A DNA stretch of 64,000 nt from Desulfobacterales bacterium (lineage in GTDB: Bacteria > Desulfobacterota > Desulfobacteria > Desulfobacterales > UBA5616). The notes beneath the pieces were generated by a model. That model worked only from the letters and a program-made list of their open reading frames with translations. It did no database searches and was not told the origin of the DNA. Made by a program: the position numbers and the translations under genes. The stretch lies in contig JAWODC010000067.1 of NCBI GenBank assembly GCA_046483495.1, forward strand, positions 32,001 through 96,000. The letters are read 5' to 3'. This document shows, in pieces, positions 9,828 through 19,392 of the stretch. Within the stretch, counting starts at the first letter, position 1. Each line of letters starts with the position of its first letter.

Positions 9828-12800
9828 ATGACCGACCGTAAGAGCGATACATCCAATCCGAAAGCCGGGTTTGTCCATCTTCATGTACACACACAATACA
9901 GCCTTCTGGACGGTGCCATCAGAATCGATGCATTGTTGAAGCGGGTCGCCGAATACAACATGGAGGCCGTGGCGATTACGGACCATGGCACCATGTTCGG
10001 TGCAATTGAATTCTATCAGAAGGCGATATCCGCGGGGATAAAGCCGGTCATCGGCTGTGAATGCTATGTGGCGCCCCGAACCATCGAAGACAAGACGGTG
10101 GACGACAACCGGGGGCTCACCCACCTCGTCCTTTTGGCGCAGAATATGGAGGGATACCGAAACCTGTGCAAGCTGGTCTCCATGGCCCAATTAAAAGGAT
10201 TCTATTATAAGCCCCGCATCGATAAGCAGATGCTGCAGGCCCACAGCAAGGGGCTTATCGGACTGTCCGCCTGCCTTCACGGTGAAATCGCCGTAAAGCT
10301 CAAGGAAGGAAAACAAAAAAAGGCGGATGAAGCGGCCCGATTTTTTCAGAAGGTGTTTGGCGAAGAAAACTTTTATCTCGAGGTCCAGGACAACGGCATG
10401 GATGTCCAGTACCGGGTAAATGAAGGGTTGAGTGACATGAGCCGCCGCCTCTCCATTCCAATGGTTGCGACAAATGATTGCCACTATTTGGACCAAAAGG
10501 ACGCCCGGGCCCATGATGTCCTGCTTTGTGTTCAAACCGGGAAAACCGTCAAGGATCAAGAGAGGTTCAGGTTCAGTACGGATCAGCTGTATTTCAAATC
10601 GGCGGATATCATGGAAAAGACCCTGGGGCGTTATACGGGGGCCATATCGAATAGCGTCGATATCGCCCGCCGCTGTGATATTGAATTCGATTTCAATGCC
10701 TATCACTTTCCCAGGTTCAACGTAAAAGGCGGCAAGTCCGTGGAAGACGTTTTCGAGGAAACGACGCAAAAGGGATTTTCAAAACGTTTCGAAAGACTGA
10801 TGGAAGCCGATGCGGGCCTCGACGAAAAAGTATACCAGGACAGGCTGGCCTACGAAATTTCCATGATAAAGGATATGGGCTTTCCAGGCTATTTTCTAAT
10901 CGTTGCGGATTTTATTCAGTGGGCCAAGGAAAACAATATCCCGGTAGGGCCGGGCCGGGGATCCGCCGCGGGCAGCATTGTCGCTTATTCGCTGGGCATC
11001 ACGGACCTCGACCCGATAAAAAACGGGCTTATTTTTGAACGGTTTTTAAACCCGGCCAGAAAAAGCATGCCCGATATCGATGTCGACTTCTGTATTAACG
11101 GCAGAGAGGATGTTTACAAATATGTCGTTGAAAAATACGGTGGCGGCGATTACGTGGCCCAGATCATCACGTTTGGAAAATTGAAGACGCGTGCTGTCAT
11201 TCGTGATGTGGGCAGAGCTTTGGATATTCCCCTTGCCGAGGTGGACAAGATCGCCAAAACCGTTCCGGATGTTTTGAACATCGGTTTGGACGACGCCCTG
11301 GCCCGTGAACCCAAGCTGCGGGAAATGGCGGAAGAAAACCCCCGTTACAGTGAACTGATCGATATATGCCGCGTTTTGGAGGGACTGCCCCGCCATGCTT
11401 CTACGCACGCCGCAGGCGTGGTGATTTCGGACAAGCCGCTCGTGGAATATCTTCCCCTTTATCGAGGAAAAAAGGGGGAGGTCGTTACCCAGTACGATAT
11501 GAAATGTGTCGAGAAAATCGGGTTGGTAAAGTTCGATTTTTTGGGTTTACGAAACCTGACGGTCATTGCGGAGACCCTCGCCCTGGTCGAGAAACAGAAG
11601 AAGCCTCTCCCCGATATGACCAATTTGGGTCTCACCGACAAAAAGACATATGCGCTGTTGGCATCCGGGGAGACGAACGGGGTTTTCCAGCTGGAAAGCT
11701 CAGGCATGAAAGATCTCCTGGTTCGAATGAAACCCGAGAGTTTTGAAGATATTACGGCACTGGTGGCTCTTTACAGGCCCGGCCCTCTCGAAAGCGGCAT
11801 GGTGGATGATTTCGTTGACCGAAAGCACGGCAGAAAACCCGTCACCTATCTGGTGCCCAATCTCGAGCCCGTCTTGAAGGAGACTTACGGCGTTATCGTC
11901 TACCAGGAACAGGTCATGAAAATCGCCGGTCGATTGGCCGACTATTCCATGTCTGAAGCCGATGATTTGCGAAAAGCCATGGGCAAAAAGATCCCTGAAA
12001 TTCTGGCTCAGCACAAGCAGCGGTTCATTCAGGGCGCCGTCAAAAACACGATCGAATCAACGAAAGCGGAAAACCTTTTTGACCTGATCGAAAAATTCGG
12101 GGGGTATGGCTTCAACAAATCGCACAGCGCCGCCTATGCCCTGATCGCCTATCAGACCGCTTATTTGAAGGCCCATTTTCCGGTGGAATTTCTGGCGGCA
12201 CTGTTGACCAGTGAAATGCATTCCATTGACGGGGTGGTCAAATACATCGCCGAGGCGAGGCGCCGGGAAATAACCGTTCTTCCGCCCGACATCAACAAGA
12301 GTGAAAAAACGTTTATCGCCAGGGGGGATGAAATCATCTTTGGGTTGGTGGCCGTTAAAAATGTGGGGGAGGGAGCGATCGAGGCCATTATCGAGGAAAG
12401 AACCGCCCGTGGTCCGTTCGGTTCTCTTTTTGAGTTTTGTGAGCGGGTGGACCTGAGGAAAATCAATAAACGGGTTATCGAAAGCCTGATAAAGTGTGGG
12501 GCATTTGATGCTACCGGTCATCACAGGTCTCAAATGGCCGCCGCCTTAGAGGACGCGCTGGATTACGGCCAACGGATTCAACGGGAAAAAAATGATCCCC
12601 AGATGGGGCTTTTTGATATGGGTGGGGCGCCTGTAACCCTCAATCCTCCCGAATGGCCGACACTGGATGAATGGGATGATCGTGATCTGCTCGCTTTCGA
12701 AAAGGATGCCTTGGGCTTTTACATGACCGGACACCCCCTGGATCGCTATGAGCCGCTCCTGGACAAATTCGCCACCGTGACCTCCATCTCGGTTCGGGAC

Positions 12801-13385
12801 GAGTCGGATCAGGCAGGCGCGCGCATCGGCGGAATCATTCGGGAAGTCAAGACAATCCAGACGAAAAAAGGCGATACCATGGCATTTGTTTCGCTGGAAG
12901 ACCGTCACGGCGCCATGGAAGTAACCGTTTTTACGTCTGTGTACATGGAATGCAGTCATCTGCTTGTCGAAGATGCCCCTGTTTTTGTTCAGGGCCGGAT
13001 TCAGAAGGATGAAAACAGCATCAAAATGCTCGCTGATGCCGTGATCTCGATGGATGAGGCGGAGGAAAAGTGGACGGCCGAGGTTTATGTCAACCTCGAT
13101 GTAAACCGAACGGACAAGGACACGCTGGTTCGGCTGCGGGACGTTTTGCAGGATCATCGCGGTGAGAGCAAAGCATTTATTTGCCTGAATGACTCCAATC
13201 AAACCCGTACAATCATCGCCCTGCCGGATGAATTAAAGCTCGCCGCCGGAAAAAAACTGGCTCGACAGATCAATGCGCTCGTAGGCTATGGCGCTTATGA
13301 AAGCCGGTGCGCCGGCGTTGCGGCATTTCAGCACCTGAATGGAAACGGTCGGAACTCAAAAAGGAAACGGTTCAGGCATGCATGA
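9828..13385 (+). CDS. dnaE: DNA polymerase III alpha subunit
   Basis: PHP (HLHVHTQYSLLDG), GPGRGSAAGS, MPDIDVDF, YGFNKSHS, C-terminal OB fold; no intein-size insertion. Confidence 0.97.
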   Translation: MTDRKSDTSNPKAGFVHLHVHTQYSLLDGAIRIDALLKRVAEYNMEAVAITDHGTMFGAIEFYQKAISAGIKPVIGCECYVAPRTIEDKTVDDNRGLTHLVLLAQNMEGYRNLCKLVSMAQLKGFYYKPRIDKQMLQAHSKGLIGLSACLHGEIAVKLKEGKQKKADEAARFFQKVFGEENFYLEVQDNGMDVQYRVNEGLSDMSRRLSIPMVATNDCHYLDQKDARAHDVLLCVQTGKTVKDQERFRFSTDQLYFKSADIMEKTLGRYTGAISNSVDIARRCDIEFDFNAYHFPRFNVKGGKSVEDVFEETTQKGFSKRFERLMEADAGLDEKVYQDRLAYEISMIKDMGFPGYFLIVADFIQWAKENNIPVGPGRGSAAGSIVAYSLGITDLDPIKNGLIFERFLNPARKSMPDIDVDFCINGREDVYKYVVEKYGGGDYVAQIITFGKLKTRAVIRDVGRALDIPLAEVDKIAKTVPDVLNIGLDDALAREPKLREMAEENPRYSELIDICRVLEGLPRHASTHAAGVVISDKPLVEYLPLYRGKKGEVVTQYDMKCVEKIGLVKFDFLGLRNLTVIAETLALVEKQKKPLPDMTNLGLTDKKTYALLASGETNGVFQLESSGMKDLLVRMKPESFEDITALVALYRPGPLESGMVDDFVDRKHGRKPVTYLVPNLEPVLKETYGVIVYQEQVMKIAGRLADYSMSEADDLRKAMGKKIPEILAQHKQRFIQGAVKNTIESTKAENLFDLIEKFGGYGFNKSHSAAYALIAYQTAYLKAHFPVEFLAALLTSEMHSIDGVVKYIAEARRREITVLPPDINKSEKTFIARGDEIIFGLVAVKNVGEGAIEAIIEERTARGPFGSLFEFCERVDLRKINKRVIESLIKCGAFDATGHHRSQMAAALEDALDYGQRIQREKNDPQMGLFDMGGAPVTLNPPEWPTLDEWDDRDLLAFEKDALGFYMTGHPLDRYEPLLDKFATVTSISVRDESDQAGARIGGIIREVKTIQTKKGDTMAFVSLEDRHGAMEVTVFTSVYMECSHLLVEDAPVFVQGRIQKDENSIKMLADAVISMDEAEEKWTAEVYVNLDVNRTDKDTLVRLRDVLQDHRGESKAFICLNDSNQTRTIIALPDELKLAAGKKLARQINALVGYGAYESRCAGVAAFQHLNGNGRNSKRKRFRHA

Positions 13386-14742
13386 TACGAAGCTGTTCAG
13401 TGTTCTTTTGGCGGGTGGTGCGGGAACCCGGCTGTGGCCGGTATCCCGTCAGCTGTATCCGAAGCAGTTGGCCCGATTTATCGGCAACGATTCCCTTATT
13501 CAAAGCACGATTCACCGGATGACCCCGTTTGTTTTGCCTGATAATATTCGAATCGTATGCGGGCTCGAGCATTTTTACGAAATCGGAAGGCATATGAAGG
13601 ACGCGGGCATACCGCCGGAAGGCAAAATTCTCTCGGAACCCTGCGGGAGGAATACGGCGCCGGCGATTCTGCTGGCCTTGTTCCATATTTCTCAACTGGA
13701 GCCCGATGCGGTGGTGTGCGTTTTTCCGGCGGATCACGTGATAAAAAACATCCAATTATTTCAAGAGAAGGTATTGTTCGCGGCGGACCTCGCAAGAGAA
13801 GGCCATATCGTTACCTTCGGAATTATGCCGCATTATCCGGAGACCGGTTACGGCTATATCGAAGGGGCGGAACCGATCTCCAATGGTGCGCTTCGTGTGA
13901 AGCGTTTCGTGGAAAAACCAAACAAATCGATGGCCGAAAATTATGTAGCATCCGGCAATTTTTTCTGGAACAGCGGCATGTTCGTTTTCAGCACTTCCGT
14001 AATGATCGCCGAATTCGAGCGCCATGGACCGGAATTGGTTTCGAAAATGGCGGATATGCTTGCCGGACAAGTAGTACCGGATCTGGAAGCCTATGAACAG
14101 ATGCCGAATATTTCTATCGATTACGCCGTGATGGAGAAGACGGACAAGGCGGTGGTGCTGCCGGTCGATTTCGGCTGGAGCGATATTGGATCATGGAAAT
14201 CCCTGTTCGATTTTATGCCGAAGGACGCCGACAACAATGTCATTGTAGGCGATGTGATGACCCATGATGCGCAGGGCTGCCTCATACTCGGCCGGGACCG
14301 TTTGATCGCCGTCAATCTGTTGAAAAATGCGGTGGTTGTGGACACCCCGGATTCCGTGTTCATTTCCGATATCGAAAACAGCCGGGATGTCAAATGCATT
14401 GTCGACCGCCTGAAGCTTGAAGGCAGAAAGGAATGTTACCAGCATCGAACGATGTATCATCCCTGGGGAACGGACACGCTTCTCGAGGATGCCGGGGTAT
14501 TCACGGTGGACCGGCTCACAATCTTTCCCCGGCAGTCGGTGACGTTTTCGCCCGGCACCGGCGCCATCCGGCATGTGATTGTGGCCGCGGGGGCGATTAT
14601 CGTTTCCGCCGGCGATGAAAGCAGGACCGTTGCCAAAGGGGAGACGTTCGTGTTCGGGATGGATGAGACAACCCTCTACAATCCGGATGATCAGCCTGCT
14701 GAAATCGTCAGGATAACGATTCAGTGCCCATCCGGACAATAA
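13378..14742 (+). CDS. manC: mannose-1-phosphate guanylyltransferase with degenerate C-terminal cupin (ManC/AlgA-like)
   Basis: LAGGAGTRLWPVSR..PKQ, EPCGRNTAPA, PETGYGYI, FVEKP, WNSGMF, SIDYAVMEK, GWSDIGSW; start at ATG 13378 overlaps the dnaE stop. Confidence 0.92.
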   Translation: MHDTKLFSVLLAGGAGTRLWPVSRQLYPKQLARFIGNDSLIQSTIHRMTPFVLPDNIRIVCGLEHFYEIGRHMKDAGIPPEGKILSEPCGRNTAPAILLALFHISQLEPDAVVCVFPADHVIKNIQLFQEKVLFAADLAREGHIVTFGIMPHYPETGYGYIEGAEPISNGALRVKRFVEKPNKSMAENYVASGNFFWNSGMFVFSTSVMIAEFERHGPELVSKMADMLAGQVVPDLEAYEQMPNISIDYAVMEKTDKAVVLPVDFGWSDIGSWKSLFDFMPKDADNNVIVGDVMTHDAQGCLILGRDRLIAVNLLKNAVVVDTPDSVFISDIENSRDVKCIVDRLKLEGRKECYQHRTMYHPWGTDTLLEDAGVFTVDRLTIFPRQSVTFSPGTGAIRHVIVAAGAIIVSAGDESRTVAKGETFVFGMDETTLYNPDDQPAEIVRITIQCPSGQ

Positions 14743-14834
14743 AGAGTCTCCTTTTAAGAGGTTAATTTACCCCACCAATATCCCTTGCATTTTTCTCATT
14801 TTCAGATATAAATAGCAACTACTCCTCACTTCTA

Positions 14835-14854
14835 AATGAGTATAATTACTCATT
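14835..14854. promoter_or_regulatory. perfect 8-bp inverted repeat (putative operator) centred on a TATAAT -10 box upstream of the pilin cassette
   Basis: AATGAGTA-TAAT-TACTCATT. Confidence 0.55.
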
Positions 14855-14975
14855 GCAAAAATAACCGTACCATAATAAAAAACAAAACCATAACTAAGCG
14901 CGATGTGTGCTGAATTTCCTTGCGTTTAACTTACAGAGATTAAAGGGAATCAGCATGGACTGAATTGGGGGGGCC

Positions 14976-15404
14976 ATGAAGGCGACACATCCTAAGCACG
15001 GTTTTACAGTCATTGAAATGCTCGTGGCGATCGCGATTATCGGCATAATATCCGCAATCGCCATACCCAATCTACTTTCCTTCTTCCCGAAATCCAGGCT
15101 AAGTGGTGCAACCCGAGTACTTGCGGGCGATCTCATGGCGACCCGGATGGAGGCGGTCAAACGCAACCAGACGGCATATATGGCGTATATGGGAGCAGCT
15201 GAATACCAAATCGCCTATATGGGAACGCTTATCAAGGCCCGGGATTTAAGCAGCGAGTATCCGGATGTAACCTTTGCCGACTTTGATCGAGTGTCATTCA
15301 ATTCAAGAGGAGCGGCTCTCGGTACAAAAACGATCACCCTTTCGAACCCAAGCGGCAGCAAAACGATCGATGTGACCATAGCCGGCAGGGTAAAGATAAA
15401 TTAG
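14976..15404 (+). CDS. type IV minor pilin / pseudopilin, FimT/FimU/GspH family
   Basis: class III signal G|FTVIE plus hydrophobic helix; A.RMEAVKRN, FNSRG and C-terminal GRVK motifs. Confidence 0.85.
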   Translation: MKATHPKHGFTVIEMLVAIAIIGIISAIAIPNLLSFFPKSRLSGATRVLAGDLMATRMEAVKRNQTAYMAYMGAAEYQIAYMGTLIKARDLSSEYPDVTFADFDRVSFNSRGAALGTKTITLSNPSGSKTIDVTIAGRVKIN

Positions 15405-15416
15405 CGGACGAATCTT

Positions 15417-15440
15417 CCGGCGGAAGCCGGTTTTGTTTTT
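15417..15440 (+). terminator. intrinsic terminator after the fimT-like gene
   Basis: CCGGC-GGAA-GCCGG followed by TTTTGTTTTT. Confidence 0.55.
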
Positions 15441-15519
15441 CTGATCGTGAGGAATTTACTTTCGCACGCATCTACCCAGGCGGACGGGCACGGTGAATTT
15501 TAAAAAAAGAAGATCAGCC

Positions 15520-15891
15520 ATGAAAACACTGCAGAAAAACACGATGGGATTTACCTTGTTGGAGATATTGATTGCGATTCTCATTATAACAACCGGCCTG
15601 GTGGGGACGGCAGGGCTTTTGGTCTCGATCATCAAGACAAATGACCTCAGCAGTGAAATGACAAAGGCGACCGCATTGGCTCAATCCACCATGGAGCAGA
15701 TCCGCCAGGCGGGGTATATCGGCGCCCTGGAAGTCGGTGAATCCACAACCGATTCGCCCATGGAAGGATTCAACAGGACTGTCGCGGTTTCGTCTACCGG
15801 AACAAGCGGAGCCAAGGCGGTCAATGTGACGGTTACGTTCAGGTCGTTCGGTCAACACACAGTTCAACTCGATACGATTCTTGCAAGGTGA
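15520..15891 (+). CDS. type IV minor pilin, PilV/GspI-like
   Basis: G|FTLLE prepilin motif; ATALAQSTMEQIR; short globular domain. Confidence 0.82.
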   Translation: MKTLQKNTMGFTLLEILIAILIITTGLVGTAGLLVSIIKTNDLSSEMTKATALAQSTMEQIRQAGYIGALEVGESTTDSPMEGFNRTVAVSSTGTSGAKAVNVTVTFRSFGQHTVQLDTILAR

Positions 15892-17066
15892 GGAAAATGG
15901 CCAATCGAAAAGAAAAAAAGCGTAAGGGGTTTACTCTTCTGGAACTGGTGCTGTCTGTGGCGCTCGGGCTGATTATCATCACGGCCCTTGTGAGCACCTT
16001 TACCATGCAGAGAAAGACTTACGATGCCCAGGAACAGGGCGCGGAAATGATTCAGACGGCGCGCGCGGCATTGGATATGATCGGCAGGGAGTTGATTATG
16101 GCCGGGTACAATCCCGATCCCGCCAGTACGCTCCAGAAGGAGGACGCCGCATTGTCGACATTCACGGGCGTCTCCTGCAGCGGAGGACAGCTGGATATCC
16201 GTGCCGATTTGGACGGGGACGGCGCCATATCGAACGCCGTCAACGACAACGAGTGGATTATTTACAAGCTCGACGGTGATGTCATCAAACGAAAAGTCGG
16301 CAACGGCTCGTTTGAAAATTTTGCTGAAAATATAACGGCATTTACATTCGAGTGCCAGGATGTTAACGGCAATTCAACGTCCAATACGGCCGATGTGAGA
16401 AGGGTGAATATCATTCTGTCCGCCCAGACGGAAAAACCCGGGATCGGGACGGGATACGGCACCGAAACCCTGGAATCCGTATTCAAAATCCGCAATATGG
16501 GGTTGGCCGCGCCGTCCTCCACTACGGGTTCGACCTCGACGACTGTGCCGACCACGACAACGACCTCGAGTTCCTCAACGACAACGACGTCATCCACATC
16601 GAGCACTTCGACGACCACGACCACAACGACATCGACAACAACGACTACTGCCGACTACTATATTCCACCGGATGATGAAATCGATGATATGGTTTTAGAA
16701 GGAGATGAATGCGATCCGCAGCGAATGGGCATCAATGTCGAGCAATGCACCAAGAACTACAATGATTCCGTATTAATCAGGGTATTTTTTCAGGACGATT
16801 ACGGTTTGCCGATGGATAGCATACCTGATGGGAGCTTGAAGTGGTTTATCAACGGCGTCGAGCAAATCAATCACAAGCTTACGGCGAGTTCCACGCAGCC
16901 CGGATGGTATGGAAGCACCGGTCTGTGCAATTGCGGTACCTTCCTGAATTCATACAGTTGCGCAGTATCGGATGGAAAGCATAAAGAATATACCATAACA
17001 GTGGAATATCACCTCGATAACGGATGTGTTTATACATATGAAACGGAAACGTTCGGCAGTAAATAA
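15888..17066 (+). CDS. type IV minor pilin, PilW-like, with Ser/Thr-rich linker and extra Cys-rich C-terminal domain
   Basis: G|FTLLE; RAALDMIGREL.MAGY; VRRVNI.L...RN end of pilin domain; then 45-aa S/T linker and ~135-aa domain with 6 Cys. Confidence 0.85.
   Translation: MRKMANRKEKKRKGFTLLELVLSVALGLIIITALVSTFTMQRKTYDAQEQGAEMIQTARAALDMIGRELIMAGYNPDPASTLQKEDAALSTFTGVSCSGGQLDIRADLDGDGAISNAVNDNEWIIYKLDGDVIKRKVGNGSFENFAENITAFTFECQDVNGNSTSNTADVRRVNIILSAQTEKPGIGTGYGTETLESVFKIRNMGLAAPSSTTGSTSTTVPTTTTTSSSSTTTTSSTSSTSTTTTTTTSTTTTTADYYIPPDDEIDDMVLEGDECDPQRMGINVEQCTKNYNDSVLIRVFFQDDYGLPMDSIPDGSLKWFINGVEQINHKLTASSTQPGWYGSTGLCNCGTFLNSYSCAVSDGKHKEYTITVEYHLDNGCVYTYETETFGSK
16515..16649 (+). repeat. low-complexity ACN/TCN-rich coding tract (poly-Thr/Ser linker)
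   Basis: translates to 45 aa, 42 of them S or T. Confidence 0.9.
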
Positions 17067-17108
17067 TAGTATATCAAAACGGCCGTACGATTACGAGGGA
17101 GAGGGAAA

Positions 17109-18473
17109 ATGGAGAGGTTCGAAAAATTGGCGAATAAGGATGGAATTGTCCTGGTTTCCGGCCTGATGATACTGGCGCTGCTGCTCATCATCGGTGCCAC
17201 CGCCTATATGCTCTCATCGTCGGATGTCATGATCAGCGCAAATTACAAGCACTCGGAAGCCGCCTTCGCCGACGCGGAAGCCGGGATCGATTTTGCAAAA
17301 GCGGCTATTGAAAATCATCTCGAGGGCGGGGGAAACCTGCCGGCCAACGTCGGTGATGTTATGGCTATACCGGCCACCGCACCGAGCGGCTTTTTATTTT
17401 CCTACTCCAATTTGGAAAAAACCGGGAATAATGCCTATACGTTTACGAGCACGGGAAATGGTCCTCAGGGGGCCACGGCATCGATCATTACCTCGATTAA
17501 ACGAAAACCGGTATTCGATTATGCAGTGTTCGGCGATGAGCAGGTGGATTTAAAAAGCAGCACCGGTGTTTTCAGCTACAACTCATCAGACGGGTTGCCG
17601 GACCCGGACGACGCTTCCTGGGACGACATGACCACGAGCACGGGCAACGGGGACGTGGGGTCCAACGGCGATGCGGATGCAAAGAATGACATTATTCTGA
17701 ACAGCAGTTGTTATGTGGATGGCGATTTGGCCCAGGGTGCCGACGGCAGTCCACTTGTCGAAGCGGTGGTCAAGAACTCGGGGGGGGTGTTTACCGGGGA
17801 AACAACGTCTGTCGGACCGGTGGACACGGACCCGCTGGATATCGTAAATGACAGTGATTTTTTAAATAAATTTGCCGACTATGAAGCTGCAAATGATAAC
17901 GCATCCATTACTGAGCCGGAAACAGGTGCGGCGTTGGATACGACCATTGCAGATGATGGTGTCGTTCTTACAGGGCCGGGTGATTATTATTTCGATTCCA
18001 TTCAATTGGGTAATGGTGATACCTTGACGATCGATGCCTCATCCGGTCCCATCAACATCTGGGTCAGGGGACCCGTGCTCGGTGATAACGGCTCCGAGTT
18101 CGCCATTCAAAACACCTCGGACACCAACAAAGTAAATATCAATGTTACCGAACCCTCCGGTTACGCCGGCTCAACGATTATCGATTTGAAAAACGGCGGT
18201 GATTTCAACCCGGGTGGACATCCCTCGCATGTTATGATCAAGACGGATTCGGATGCAACGGTTTCGATTCACAATGGAAACGATACCCGGGCGGTGATTT
18301 ACGCCCCGTTCGCTCATGTGGATTTTGACAACGGCAGTGCATTTTATGGGGCTGTCCTGGGAAAGACCATCGCACTTAGAAATTCCATGAAGGTGTATTA
18401 TGATGAAACCATCAAGGATTTGGCGGTTTCAAAAAAAGTGGAATTGACGTCATGGTACCAGAAGCTTGAATAG
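17109..18473 (+). CDS. PilX-like minor pilin with large acidic beta-rich C-terminal domain
   Basis: G|IVLV without Glu5 (typical of PilX/GspK), AFADAEAGI, TSTG; C-terminal GDYYF, AVIYAP, FYGAVLG, YYDE motifs. Confidence 0.8.
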   Translation: MERFEKLANKDGIVLVSGLMILALLLIIGATAYMLSSSDVMISANYKHSEAAFADAEAGIDFAKAAIENHLEGGGNLPANVGDVMAIPATAPSGFLFSYSNLEKTGNNAYTFTSTGNGPQGATASIITSIKRKPVFDYAVFGDEQVDLKSSTGVFSYNSSDGLPDPDDASWDDMTTSTGNGDVGSNGDADAKNDIILNSSCYVDGDLAQGADGSPLVEAVVKNSGGVFTGETTSVGPVDTDPLDIVNDSDFLNKFADYEAANDNASITEPETGAALDTTIADDGVVLTGPGDYYFDSIQLGNGDTLTIDASSGPINIWVRGPVLGDNGSEFAIQNTSDTNKVNINVTEPSGYAGSTIIDLKNGGDFNPGGHPSHVMIKTDSDATVSIHNGNDTRAVIYAPFAHVDFDNGSAFYGAVLGKTIALRNSMKVYYDETIKDLAVSKKVELTSWYQKLE

Positions 18474-18484
18474 AAAAATCCGTT

Positions 18485-19069
18485 TTAATCGTCTTCAAGC
18501 GACGAAGTCCACCAACTCGGGATCGATCCGTTGCTCCTGTTCTTGATAGTTTTCACCAGAGCCGTCTCCCTGTGGCGCAATTTCAAAAGCTCCTGGGTAA
18601 CTGATTCGATGTCTTTTTTTGTTCCATTATTTTTGGCCTCCATGAATCGTTCACCGGCCTGCCGGTACAACTGTTCCAACTCGTGTTTTTCAGCCAGGAA
18701 AAGAGCTTTTTCCTCAGGCGTGATCGAGGGCGCAGCGTCGGAAGTAACATCTGCTTTGCCATCTGCTTGTTCTTCCGGATCGATCTTTGTGGAAGCATCT
18801 GAAGCATTTAATTCGCTATTCGCATCGCTACTACTTATGTTTTCTTCCCATGTGCAAGGGTCGGAACTTTTGCGGATGACCTTCACCGTCTGCTTGTTAA
18901 AGGCGGCAACCCCCCCGTATAGAGTGCAGTGGACCTTGCCGTCTTCTTCCCAGTACTGGTCTGTCAAAAAGCGACTGCCGGTTTCCAATTCGATGATATA
19001 GGAAGAAAAACCGAATGACGGGATGAACATCACTATCGTCCATAGGATAAACGCTTTTTTCATATACAT
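18485..19069 (-). CDS. hypothetical exported protein
   Basis: signal-peptide-like N-terminus, small beta domain (YWEEDG...YGG), C-terminal coiled coil; RBS GAGAGG. Confidence 0.7.
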   Translation of the reverse strand: MYMKKAFILWTIVMFIPSFGFSSYIIELETGSRFLTDQYWEEDGKVHCTLYGGVAAFNKQTVKVIRKSSDPCTWEENISSSDANSELNASDASTKIDPEEQADGKADVTSDAAPSITPEEKALFLAEKHELEQLYRQAGERFMEAKNNGTKKDIESVTQELLKLRHRETALVKTIKNRSNGSIPSWWTSSLEDD

Positions 19070-19209
19070 CCTCTCGTGTCGGTCAAAGGGTGGTTAGAAG
19101 CGGTTTAGATGCCCGAAAGGCTTTTAAGCCGGGCTGAATACCTGTATTCTGCGGCATGCGTCTTGGTGAACTGCGCATAATATTGAATTTTAGGGGAAGT
19201 TTTAAACTG

Positions 19210-19238
19210 CTTCTACCATGTTAAATCGGATATGTCAA
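19210..19238 (-). promoter_or_regulatory. putative sigma70 promoter for 18485-19069
   Basis: TTGACA-17bp-TAGAAG with TG extension on the minus strand. Confidence 0.5.
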
Positions 19239-19392
19239 TAAAACGGCCCCGAAAAACACATCCATTGGAAACGGCTGTTCAGCAAAATACAAACGATGCA
19301 TGGCAAGTTATGCCGCATGGAATTGTCCCCCATCGATGTAGCGGGAAGTAAATTGAAGACGGATGCAGCACATGTTTGGGCGAACCGATGGA

